From the NCBI GenBank assembly GCA_973851085.1, contig OZ316775.1:8804001-8868000 (forward strand): a stretch of DNA of 64,000 nucleotides. The letters run 5' to 3'. This document shows, piece by piece, positions 52,281 to 64,000 of this stretch. This stretch comes from Ptychomitrium polyphyllum (Eukaryota). The translations under genes were made by a program, and so were the position numbers. The stretch's first letter is position 1. Every line of letters begins with the position of its first letter. The notes under the pieces are model-generated. The model saw nothing but the letters and a program-made list of their open reading frames with translations. It was not told the origin of the DNA and did no database searches.

Positions 52281-55200
52281 TCTCATGGATGAATGTCATC
52301 TATCGTCGAAAATGAATCTTGAGAATGTTGCAAACCCGTCACTGTACATGAAGCAGGTATTATCTATGAACGGCGTACACCTGAGACAGATATCTATAAA
52401 CGAGTAGTCTTCTCAAGAAGTAATGCCAAGCAGCAAGTAGATAGTTTGGGTTGAAAGAATTTGTTTCATTCTTGCATTCAAGTAAGTAGCACTGGATTCA
52501 TCTTCCATGTTTAAAGCTGCGAAATACTGAAGAAGAATTTTATCTACTGCCGTCCTTAAGTTGTAGTGTTAAAATGTATACATCTTTAAAATTTATATCC
52601 TTGATTTTTCAAATTTTATTTTAATAGCAATGGTACCCAATATAGTTGCAATAATAGGTGCTTCTACCTTGTATTATAGCAATATTCAACAATAAATAAA
52701 AATCCAAGTGATTCAACTATTTTAAGGAAAATACATTTAAAAACCTTCTTAATTTGGAGGATTTTTGAAAATTACTTGATTACAATTGATTTTAAAAGAA
52801 AAAAAATATCATTTTTAAATGGGTATAAATATAGAGTTGTAGAAGATGTGTAAGGTAAAAAATGAAAATTTTCTTATACTTTGATACCCTTGGTATCAAA
52901 GATTGTTTCATAAATACAATATCATGGCTTTTTAATATTATTAATCAAAAGCCACGTTTAAGAAAAATCTAAATCATTTCTTGAAGGTTATAATTAATTA
53001 TACATAACAAATTTGGATTGACAAAGTGATCTAAATCAAGAAGAAGGCGAGTTCATTTATTTCAAGCATATTTCAACAAAGAAGAATGTATCACTTTGAA
53101 TGAAGAATAAAACCAATATCATAAAATCACTTACACAATTGCAAATTGTGATTTTAAAAAGCATTCTAAATAAGAAATGTAATTCATTAGATTAAAGTTC
53201 TAAAAAGAATCAAAAACATAATGGAAATTTTACAATTTTAGAGCCTCAATGTGCCATATATACCTTCATATCTAATTTTCAAAGAATTGAAATTCATTAA
53301 TTTCCTAGCTAATATGGTTTGGTAAAATTTCAATTTCAAACTAAAGTATAAAAGACTATATTTGATTTTGTAGTTTTTTAGAATTACATATAATAAACTT
53401 GTTTTATTTAAACCAATGCAAATTTTGTTTGATCCAAATATTATTGTGTGGATTTTTAAAAAATCTCTATATTATTTTTATTATATAAACTTTCTTGGTT
53501 TTTATCTTTTTAAAATTATAGTATAAAGGAGTGATGGATTGAGATGTTATCATGGCTTTTTATTAAGTGTAAGATGGCCTAAAGACATCTTTATAATTAT
53601 TAGATCTTTTTTATTTATTTTGAATTTATAAAGTACTAAGAAAGGCTAAAATCTATAAAACTTAATCTTCCAATTTATTAATATGTTTGAAATTATAAAT
53701 TGATAATTGTAGGATTTTGAGGATATAGTTGTTATTATATACTTTTTTTTTTTGTTATTTAATATACTTCTTGTAGTCATTTGATTATATTTTTTACTAT
53801 TTTTAATGAATGGATGAATTCATTTCAATTAATATTAAGATGATTAAGATATAAAAATCCAATTAATTTCAAGTTGCTTAAATTATCTTGTTCTTGTGCA
53901 AGTATGAGAATTGAACCATAAATAGAAAGATAAGTTATTCAAAATTTTAATATGAAGCATCTTTCTTATATGACATTCTTTAATGACTTAATACATCATC
54001 TTTAAAAATAAAATCCTTGTATTTTGAAATATATTTATTTTAATCACAAAAGATTATAATTTTTTATTTTGCTTCATCAATTGAACCATGATGTTGACAA
54101 TGTGCTATAGTGAATAAACTCAATGTTAATGTTCAAATAAAATTTTGTCATCATTGCCAAATGCCTCCATTATAAATTTTTACAAGATTTTGAATTTTGT
54201 GTTTAAAAAAATTATCTTAAATTATTAGGAATAGCAAAGATATTCTACAAATAAAATTCATATATTTTAGTCTACAAAATTTCCTTTAATATGCCTACAG
54301 AAATTAGGCATTAAAGTTGAATTTTAAGACATATTTTTAAAAATGTCAATTTTAAAAATCTTCCAACTATTAAGAACATGGATTAAAACTTTAAAAAAAT
54401 TACTATAATAAACAATGACCACCTATTTTAATGATTCAATATTAAAATCAAATATATACATATTTATATTAGCACCAATACATAATTAATTCCTAATTGA
54501 TTAAAGATCTTTTGAAATTTGACATTTTAAAAAGATATATTTTAAAATTCAAACTTCATTACCTATTTTTATAGGCAAAGTAGAAAAAAATTATAAATTA
54601 GAATTTATGGATTTTATCTATATATAATTAAAATTATCCTTGATATTATCCTTCAATAATTTTAAATTATTTTAATATTTTGATATTCAAAAAATGACAA
54701 TTTTTAATTGAAACTCCTTTTAATAAATTTTAAAAAGAATATTCTTAATATAAAAAGCCATTAAAGACAAGTTTAGATTTAAATTTAAGTTTAGATTTTT
54801 AAAAATAGTTTTTAAAGTTACAATTAATACTTGGCTCTTGTGCAAGATTATATGCAATGAATGTTGACAAACCAATTAATTTTATTAATTTCTTTTATCC
54901 TTGCTAGTATTGAATTAAACTTTGATTTTTATATTATAATTCTTTTAATAAAAATTATTAAATCAATGATTTGTGCATTCCTGATAGTTTGACAAGACCA
55001 ATTTCTTGTTTTTGGTACATATGTCAAAGAAAGACAATCAAGTTTCATTTAAGGATGCACATATAAAATATTTTAAATCAAAGATTATACAATTTTGTAG
55101 AGCTATGAAGATATTACAAGAACCTCAAGCACCTCCAATATTGCAAGGTATTCATGGATTTCAAGGAAAACAAAAATGTACAACATTTCAAAGAACAAGC

Positions 55201-57565
55201 TATGAAAAATTGAAGTTGAGTCTTTTTAAGAAATATAATAGCCACTATACAAAATTTGGAAGTTTTATAAATGAACTTCAATTATTTATGTTTAAGTAAC
55301 TACTTTGTTACTCAACTCCAGCCTTACAGGTTTGGTTACCTTGGAACATTACTGAGTAGCATAGCTTTATATTGATTTTTCTCCCATTTTAGAAAAACTC
55401 ACCATTATTATATGACTTTAAAGGATTAATGAACGAATTTGTTTCAAAAAAGTAGATAAAAAAAAAGTTGCAAATCAAAAAATTAGAAGTGTGTATCAAA
55501 ATGAATGTTCAACTTCAATTTATGCTTATGAATTCAAAAAATTATTGTGTAAAATTAATTGGAAGTTGGAAATGGCTTTTGTTTGCTAATTTCAATGGAG
55601 ATTGCATAAAGACATAAGTGATTTATTATTTACTTTAAATGATACTACTTTATAATTAGAAGCCATTATACAAGCTGTGAAGTGTGATAATTGGTTGTTT
55701 TTAAGAAAACCATAAGAAAAAGTTAATTTATTTAATTTTCAATCAATAGTATTTTCAACAATATTACCTTCAATAATGAAATTTATGACATGAGATTAAA
55801 TGATCCTATGCAAATTGATACTACTCAAATCAAAGGTCCATTATCATATGATGAAAGGGAGCACCAAAAGAAAAATGGATATTATTTTTTATTGTAGAAA
55901 TAAAGATTATAAGCTTTTGGATTGTCCTAAAAAGTCAATTCAATTTTGTATTCAAGAAACCAAGCTCAATACATGGATTGATTAAACAAATACAATTGTT
56001 CAACCTCAATAGGAACCTTGTATTTGAATTTTGTAGAAAAATCACAATAAGGTTCTTTAATAACTTCCGATCCAATTTAATATTATTTTGTTTCTATTAA
56101 AAATTTTAAAACAATAAAAAAAAATAATGCTAATGCACTTATAGACTTTAGAATTACAACTTTTTTTATAGATTTTAATTTTATTAAACAAATCAAATTG
56201 TTAATCATATTTAAAAATAGACCATTACATGTAGAAGTTGTTGATAGTAAAACTTTTGAATTCAAAATACTAATTCATTAATAAACATCATTTGATATTA
56301 GTTCGGATAATTACATGTACAAAATAACTTTTAATATCATTAAATTGCCAAACAATCATAAAAATTATAGGACAAAATTAATTGAAAGTTTACAATCTAA
56401 GAATAGATTGGCAAAAGGAAGAACTAAGATTTTCAAAAACTTATAACATAGTAGAAATGTCTCTTTAAAGTAAGCCTCAAGATAAAGATAAAAAGAAAAA
56501 TTCTAAAAAGAATTGATGGCAACGTTAAAATAGAAGATATTCAAACAAAGGTCAATTTAAAAATAAAAATGATTGGAATAAAAGCACTAATTTCAAAAAA
56601 CCTTTAATGGTGGGAATTCAAACTTTTATGCGTATAATTAAGAAAATGACAAATTTTACACTTTATACTATATCAGCTCAATTTCAATTTTATTTTTTTA
56701 AAGCATGCATTCAAATTTTTATTCAATATTATGATTATGCTAATGTATTTGAAAAAAAATTTGATATGTTTCTAAACACTATTAATCTTCAAGAAAGTAT
56801 TCAAGCACCATTTGAATTATTTTATAATTCATAACATAACAAAATTACAAAATTATGAAGGAATATTGATGATAATTTTGGTAAAAGTTTCATTCAACAT
56901 TTAAAATTGCTTGTTATGGCACCTATATTATTTGTAAAAAAAATAAATGGTTCATTACATAAATGTGTATATTATAGACGCCTCAATAAAATAATAATAA
57001 AAAACCAATATTCTTTGCCATTAATTTTTGATGTTTTAAATCTTATTGGAAGTACTTAAATTTATACAAATATAAACTTATATGGTGCATATAATATAAT
57101 ACGCATAAAAAAAGGTAATAAATGGAAGACAATTTTTTAAACATAATATGGTCTTTTTGAATATTTTGATGCCATTTGGACTTATTAATGCTTTAGCCTT
57201 ATTTCAACATATCATGAATGACATTTCTTGTGAATATTTTGATAATAATTATAGAATAATATTTTCTTTTTTTTTCAAATAATAAAAAAGACCATAAAAA
57301 ACATGTTTATTTGGTTTTAAACAAACTTCAAGAAATGGACCTTTGTGCAAATTTAGATAAATGTGAATCTCATCAATTTCAACTCAAATGGGTGGAATAT
57401 GTATTCTCTCCATCTAATGTATCAATAGATTCTTAAAAAGTGCAAATAATTATTAAATAAACAATATCTTTCAGTTATTATGATGTGCAATGTTTTTTTG
57501 GTTTTATTAATTTTAATAGAATTTTTATCAAAGAATATTTTAAAATTGCAGCACCAATGATACGT

Positions 57566-59260
57566 TGTGGCAATGTGATTAATTATGTGGTTTAGAATTT
57601 AACTAGTATTTTGTTCTTTTGTAATTTTTGATTTATTATATTAAAAAGAGAATTAGGAATAAAGAGAAATTAGATAAAAATGATTGTGGTGAAACTATGA
57701 TTTAAAATATCATAAAATGAAATTGTATTTTGTTATAAGTCAAGGTAAGGAGGGCGATTGATTATAATGCTTTCTAGCCTGCTATTCTTGCTAGCAGTAA
57801 AAAGTCATGTGTTGTCATTCCACTAAATAAAATTAAGAAAAATTAAACTCTAATTGGTTTAATAACTCAAATTATTTAGTTAACCAAATTCAGATTTATC
57901 TAGTTAACCAAATTCAAATTTATTTAGTTAATCAGATTCAAATTTATCTAATTAATCAAACTCAAATTTATCTAAGTCAATCAAATTTGTGATTTAGTGT
58001 TTGATCCTACCTCAACAATGATTTTATTTATATCTTGTTTCTTATAGAGCTCTAATTTTTTTCTTATTTTTTTCTTTTTATTTTGGTTTTTTTCCTACTT
58101 TGAATTTATAAAGGTTGTTTCTTTTTTCATTTGTAGTTTAAACGTAGAAACTTCAACAAAAGAAATGGAAAGAAAAATATAATATAATATAATATAAATT
58201 CATCAAATTATTTAGATTTCTTTTTTGTGAAGGTGTTTAGGGATAAAAATCTAAAGTGGAGAAATAAAAGCCTAGTGTGGAAAAATAGATACTAATGTGG
58301 AAAGATTAGGAACAAATATGGTAGTTTAATCCTTTGTTACGTTTACTTTCTTGGCTTCTTTCACTTGAATTAAAAGACAACCTTTTTCTTAACAAAATTT
58401 CATTATACAAATCTTAGTTTGAATTGATTTTTGTTGGATTTGTTTTCCTCTCATATTAAGTTTCTAAAAAGTTATTATACGCTCCATTTAAAGTTAGTAT
58501 ATGAATATGGTTTTAGTTTGAAGAAAGTTGAGTCAATTGCCTTGAGCTTTTGAAAGTAGCTACTTTGAGTACCTATAATTTTTTGTAAAAACGGTTTTTA
58601 ATGATGGAAATTGAAGGATAACATTTTGATTATTTCAAAATAATAATGTAATTTTTTTGATAATTGAAAACTTTTATAATAGGAAATATAAGAAAAAGAA
58701 TTTAGTTTTTTAAAGCTTATATTTTGGTAAATTATTTATTATACAATAAACACTATGTATATAAATCTTGAAGTTTAGATTTATAATAGAAAATGAGTTA
58801 TAAAGTGGTAAAGTAGAGGGGATCCACAAGCTATAACAATGGAAACGGATAATTTTGAATGCATGGTTTTTTACTACTATTTGGGCTATGGTTAATAAAT
58901 GAGGAAAGTTGCATTTTAAAAGACTTGTATTAATAATGTCAAAATTTTAAAAGCATATGACTTTGATTTTAAAGATATGGATAAAAGTGCAACTTGGATT
59001 TGAAAGAAAGAAAAAACAAAGTTTTGAATAGGGACTTTGACATTTTAAAGATGGAAAAAAAAAAATTGGAAAAAAAAAAATTGGAAAAAAAAAATTAAGA
59101 TTGTAAAAGTAATTAATAATACATTAGAGGTTGTAGAATTTATTATAAAATAAAATTTACAAAAATTCTTACTAGATAAACTAGATGCAAAAATGATCCA
59201 ATGCTTTTTAAAGCAAAAAGATCCAATGTTTTTTAAAACAAAAATTTCATTAGAATAATG
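57566..59260. mobile_element. ~1.7-kb insertion splitting the gypsy RT-RNaseH connection
   Basis: The pol frame IAAPMIR stops at 57565 and resumes as IGKEK / NKIQEAFDSLK at ~59265. The intervening DNA begins TGT and is unrelated to pol. Confidence 0.6.
57866..57988. repeat. 24-bp tandem repeat, 5 degenerate copies
   Basis: TTAT(C/T)TAGTTAACCAAATTCAAAT units at 57872, 57896, 57920, 57944 and 57968. Confidence 0.9.
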
Positions 59261-60770
59261 CTTCATTGGCAAAGAAAAAAATTATTTTTGAATAATAAAA
59301 TACAAGAAGCTTTTGATAGTCTTAAAAATTAGATTTTTTTACTACATCCATTTTTATATATGTTGATTTAAACAAACCTTACTTTTCAAAAACTGATGCC
59401 CTCAAATTATATACTTGTAGCTATTTTATCTCAATATGGTGATGATAATCATTTTTTTCTTGTCATGTTCTATTTTAAAATGTTCATAGTATTAAAAATC
59501 AATCATGAAATTTATAATAAAAAATTATGAGCAATTGTAGCTTCTTTTGAAGTTTGGCCTTATTTTTTGGAAGATATTCAATATTAAATTATAATATATA
59601 CTAATCATAGAAACTTGGAATATTTTATGACTACAAAATTTTTCAATTAATGCCAAGTTTGTTGAAAGATGTCTTTATCACAATTTGACTTTGTTTTCAT
59701 TTATTGGCTTAGTAATCAATAAATAAAATTTAATATTTTATCACATTGTTTTTATTTTGCATCTAAGAAAGAATTTGAAACATTTGATTAACAAAAAGCC
59801 ATTATTTTAGAATGTGAATACTTAAATTTTTATTCATTGATAAGCAATCTTTGTAAAACTTTGCTAATTATTAAAGGAATTAAAAAATACCTTAAAAGAA
59901 ATTTTCTTATTAAAAATGTAAAGATATAATTGAAAAGCAAAAAAAACTAAAGTATAAAATAATTTATTATTTTATAAAGATTAATTTTTTTTTTCTCTTA
60001 AAAAAACTAAATTTCAAATTCTTCATATACTTCACAATTTTTATCAATAATTTTTCAACTTACTAGTGAAGCAACAGCTAAATCATTTTTTAACAACATT
60101 TATTGTTTATATGGTCTTTCAAATGATGTTGTCTCCAATTAAGGCCCACAATTTCTTTTTAAGTTTTGAAAAATATTCTTTGAACTTATAAGAGTCCAAA
60201 TTGACCTTTTTTTAGCTTATTATTCTACGATTAATGGTCAAATTAAACGTGTGAATTAAATCTTGGAATAATATCTACGTTGTTGTATTAGTTATAATAA
60301 AGATGATTCAGTAGATATCTTTCCTTTAGCAAAATTTGCTTATAATAATACTTTGCTTTCATAAATTAAACAAATACTTTTTTTCTCAAATTATATTCAA
60401 CAACTTAAAGGTGATATTTTTCAAATAAAGATTATCATAAATCTAACATAAAGATCTTATGAATCACATGGCTGCTATTCACAATAAACTCAAATTTCAA
60501 CTTTAATGAAATCAAGATCATTATAAAAAATGTACATGTTTGCTGCAAAGTATAATCTACATTTAAATTTGGAGATTAAATTTAGCTTCTTTAATGAAAT
60601 ATTTAAGTTACAAGGCCTTCTAAAAATCTTTGTCAATTATTAAGCAAATCAATCATCTTTCTTCATGCTTTAAGCTTCTAAATACTATGAAAATTCACCT
60701 TGTATTTTATATTTACTTATTGGAGCCAAAGTATAAAAACACCATTTGAAAGAGGATATTACTACTTCTT

Positions 60771-61272
60771 TGTAGTCATACAATTAATAAAGCCGGGATA
60801 ACAATAGTGTGAAATTTAGTAAATTTCAAGTTTTGAAAAGTTACAATGATATCAATAGGTTAAAACCTGATTGTTATTGGATTAAAACTATAATTACTAT
60901 AGGATTTTAGATGGCTATAGATATAAAAGGTTGAAATAATGACTGGCTGTTATAAACGGACTGTTCCTTTAGAAAGAGTAGAAGGATGGAAGAACAATAG
61001 TTTTTGAAGGGGTTTGGAAAAGCGTGTAAGGCTCCTATTGTGTGGAAAGGCCAATAGTGTGGTAGTTGTATTATGTAATCTAATTTTGAATCTTGGAATA
61101 AATTTTTTATTATGTATATGTGTGTATATGTGTGAGGAATTGTGTTGAAGTAAACTAGAGTTATTTTGGAAAAGAATCAGTTGTGAACTAGATTTGTTAA
61201 AATGAAAGAACAATTGTAGATTAACATTGTGTATGCATTATAATAAAATTAATTGTTATAGTGTGAATTGTA
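60771..61272. mobile_element. Probable solo LTR (~500 bp) nested in the gypsy integrase C-terminus
   Basis: Interrupts RILLLL|PIEI (decayed RIxPPP-PIEI). Termini TGTAGTCATAC and GTGTGAATTGTA fit C>T-eroded TGCAGTCACAC/GTGTGACTGCA inverted ends. Confidence 0.55.
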
Positions 61273-63735
61273 TTCCAATTGAAATAATATACATTGTGGA
61301 AGATTATACAATGGAAGAGTGATACAAATGTGGAAAAATTAACAATTAAAAGGAAAGTTCAAAATCTAAATAAATAATAATAATTCAATAAATTTCCAAG
61401 GAATATGAGATATAATGTTTGCAATTAGAAAAAATACAATAAAAATATATTCTAGAGCAATTGAAAGATTCAAATAGTAGTTGAATGTGGAAGCTATGGA
61501 AAAATGAGGAAATAGATGATTGAAGAGTGATGAAACAAAGTAAGAAAAGTGAAAGTTAATATATTGTATGAGTAGTCTTTCATTTGAAACTTGAGAGTAT
61601 AATAAATTAGCTAAAGTCAATTGATTCTATGAGGTTAAGTACCACTTACCCTCTAAATCTTAAATGGTGCATTTCCTTGGAATTTATTAATCAAACTTAC
61701 AATTATCCATGGTATCCACACCTTCTTGTGACAAACTTCACTATAGATATTTATTAATCTTTAATAGATTGTAAATGATCCACCTACACTCTTGTATCAA
61801 TCAAAGTTTATAACATTTTGAAATATGAAGTATTACACTTTTAATTAAAATGACGCCATTTATAATATTTTGTTCATTGGGAAGATTATGACATTAGTGG
61901 ATTTATATGAGAGCCTGCAATAAATTTTCAAAATGCTCTTGAGAAGATTGTTAGTTTTTATTAAAAATATTTTCAAATGTCAAAAGTTATTCTTCATAAA
62001 ACTTGTTGCTAAAAGAAAGGTGATGTCACAAATAGATTTAAAGTTAAATTTAGGGTTTAAGATTTAAGATTTAGGCATAGATTTAGATTTATAAAAATAA
62101 TTTTGGAAGTTATAACTAACACTTAAAATGCCATAGAATGCCATAGGACATTAAATATTATTTCTGATGTAATATTTAAAATTCTTAGCTTTATATGAAG
62201 TGTGCACCTCATCCAAAAAACTGAACATGATAAAGCCAAAGCCAACATATTTAAAGTCCACCTCAGAGTACCATGCTCCCGTCAGCGAACCAAAAACCTT
62301 AGCCAATCCAAACCCTTTGCCAGGCGAACTTTCTAGAACCCAAAGAAAACACAAATGGAACTCAAGAGAACTCCAAGAGAACTCCAAACGAAGTCAAGGA
62401 ACGCGGGCGGCAGGCACCGGCTTCAGCCAGTGATACCCCTCGCGAAACTTCCCCACGCGGTGTGCAAACAAAACCGTTACTATCCCTCAAAACGTCACTA
62501 TCTAGATTACAGAAGTATTCGAGATTCTTTATTCTAAGGTCTTCGTAGATATTGGTGGTTTATGGTGTGATGACTGATTTAGAAGTGAGCATCTCTTAGG
62601 GTTTGAAGCTTGGCTATGGTTTGGCAGAGCAGCGCAACATGCAAGCTCAGATTATTGAGCTGGTGGGTTGTTTCGTATCAGAGCATGGTGCGTCGTTCGT
62701 CTCGTGAATCAGTCACCAGGTTAGACAATCATCAGTGGACTGGGTAATCATGAAGGGTTTCATTGCATGTGGGAAGATTCCGTGAGAAAATTGGGGCAGA
62801 GTGGAGAACAGCAGGGGGAAGAGTGTTTGGGGTTGGGTTGTGGTGGAGGGCACTGTCCATGATGGGTTTACGGGATGATGGGGTGGTTTGGAATTGAGAG
62901 CATTCATCGCCGGTGGTGAACTTTGACGCTTGGGTGTCGGTGGATTGGGGTCTTGGATGGATTTGTACGTGTCGTGGAGACAATCTTGATTGAAACTTCG
63001 TCTTGGTTTAATTGGACAGTGTTGGATTTTAGTAAGTCGTTTGATCACATACTCGTTTGAAGTGAGAGGGTTTTGTGAACTCTTCTGGCGTAGAGGACCA
63101 CAATCATGATCAGCAGTGGTTCTATCTTGTGGGGTTGTGGATGGAGTGATCGATAGATGTTTTGGGGATTTCTGAAATAGATTTGGTTCATGGAGGAGAG
63201 CTCAGGGTTGTCGGTAACGTGTTTCTAAATTTTGATATTTAGTTGTGGCTGCTGATGAGAGGGTTGTGGCACCTGCAGATGTGTTGAATATTGACTGAGA
63301 TAGTCTCCTGAGATAGGTTCCTTTGCAGGAAGGCCTGGAGGTAGGGCGAAGTGGGGAAGATGTCAGAGGATGATAACTCAGAGAGAACATACATGTTGCA
63401 AGGACTGGCTTCTGTATCAACTGGGGTGCTGGAATTGGAAGCGGAAGCAGGGTGTGTGGTTGAATGATAGGGCAGGGTTGAATGATAGTAGCTCGTGTTC
63501 GGGTGGACTGGCTGCTTCAGAGCAGCTGTTGGTTTTTACAGGTCTAAGTTTTTGATGTATATATGGTGGTATCATTTTGTACATTAAGGTGGGGGTTCGT
63601 GCATGCAATCCTTGTCGATAAAAGCAGCGTGATGCTCACGGTTTCGGAAATCTGGGCGAAAGGTTACAGAATTTTGGGTAGTCATCTATTGAAACTGTCG
63701 GGGTTTGAGTTTAGGAGGAAGACATCGTTAGCATC

Positions 63736-63894
63736 ATGAAGGTGCCTGAGGTTGCGACTGCTGCTGTCGCCGTCGGTGCGGAGACCTCTGTGCATACATG
63801 GGCTGTTGTGGTGGCTCTAGTCTTTGTCCTCTTTTCCCTCTCGCTGTCAACATTCCTTCTCTTCGATCATCTCTCGACCTACAACGATCCTGAG
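63736..63894 (+). CDS. LAZ1: First coding exon of a LAZ1/DUF300 (OST-alpha/TMEM184) family membrane protein; continues beyond the window
   Basis: MKVPEVATAAVAVGAETSVHTWAVVVALVFVLFSLSLSTFLLFDHLSTYNDPE followed by a GT donor; LSLS.FL.FDHLSTY..PE is characteristic of plant LAZ1 proteins. Confidence 0.85.
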
Positions 63895-64000
63895 GTTTGG
63901 ATCTGTTCTTATTGAACCCTTGTCGATATTTTTAATTTTACGATGGTTCGTAGGGTGTGCTAGTCCAACTGTCCTGTTGCCCAGCTGTTTAGGGTTTAGG

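Larger units (their letters stand above)
55000..61310 (+). mobile_element. Heavily decayed Ty3/gypsy LTR retrotransposon (gag-PR-RT-RNaseH-INT-chromodomain start)
   Basis: Gag-like KFGSFINELQLF (~55250); protease NALIDF.ITTFFID (~56130); RT APILFVKKINGSL / CVYYRRLNKIIIKNQYSLPLI (~56920-57030) and MPFGLINA; RNaseH TDA and HEIYNKKL*AIVASFEVW (~59390-59560); integrase YGLSNDVVSN*GPQF (~60110); PIEI..YIVED (~61275). Order fits gypsy. Many stops from C>T/G>A decay; ends approximate. Confidence 0.9.

Noticed and set aside
52207..57988. CRISPR-like reading of the 22-bp and 24-bp repeats
   Set aside because: Head-to-tail tandem units with no unique spacers, in a eukaryotic context.

Overview
Eukaryotic land-plant nuclear DNA. 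The gene and intron style and the AT-rich, C>T-eroded LTR relics look moss-like (e.g. Physcomitrium); that assignment is inference. The first ~52 kb are gene-dense: a class IV aminotransferase (D-amino-acid transaminase/ADC-lyase-like), an intronless eIF3b pseudogene, an ARF GTPase, a NYN-domain protein with degenerate catalytic motifs, a tandem U5-like and U1 snRNA pair, a 13-exon S-adenosylmethionine carrier with a GC-AG intron, 3-dehydroquinate synthase, a P-class PPR protein, three intronless paralogs of a small basic protein of unknown function, a small single-TM protein with a mitochondrial-type presequence, and an EngB/YsxC GTPase. Positions ~55-61 kb hold a decayed Ty3/gypsy element with nested insertions, and the first exon of a LAZ1/DUF300 gene starts at the right end. 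Most notable: (1) the small-protein paralogs have 5' and 3' flanks complementary to each other, including a perfect 30-bp inverted repeat around one copy; (2) a U5-like RNA with an altered invariant loop 1 sits beside a structurally intact U1 with a non-standard 5' end; (3) an inverted copy of the EngB leader and first 21 codons lies upstream of the PPR gene and keeps a G-quadruplex motif whose loops have become telomere-like. Exon boundaries were read by eye; no searches were run.
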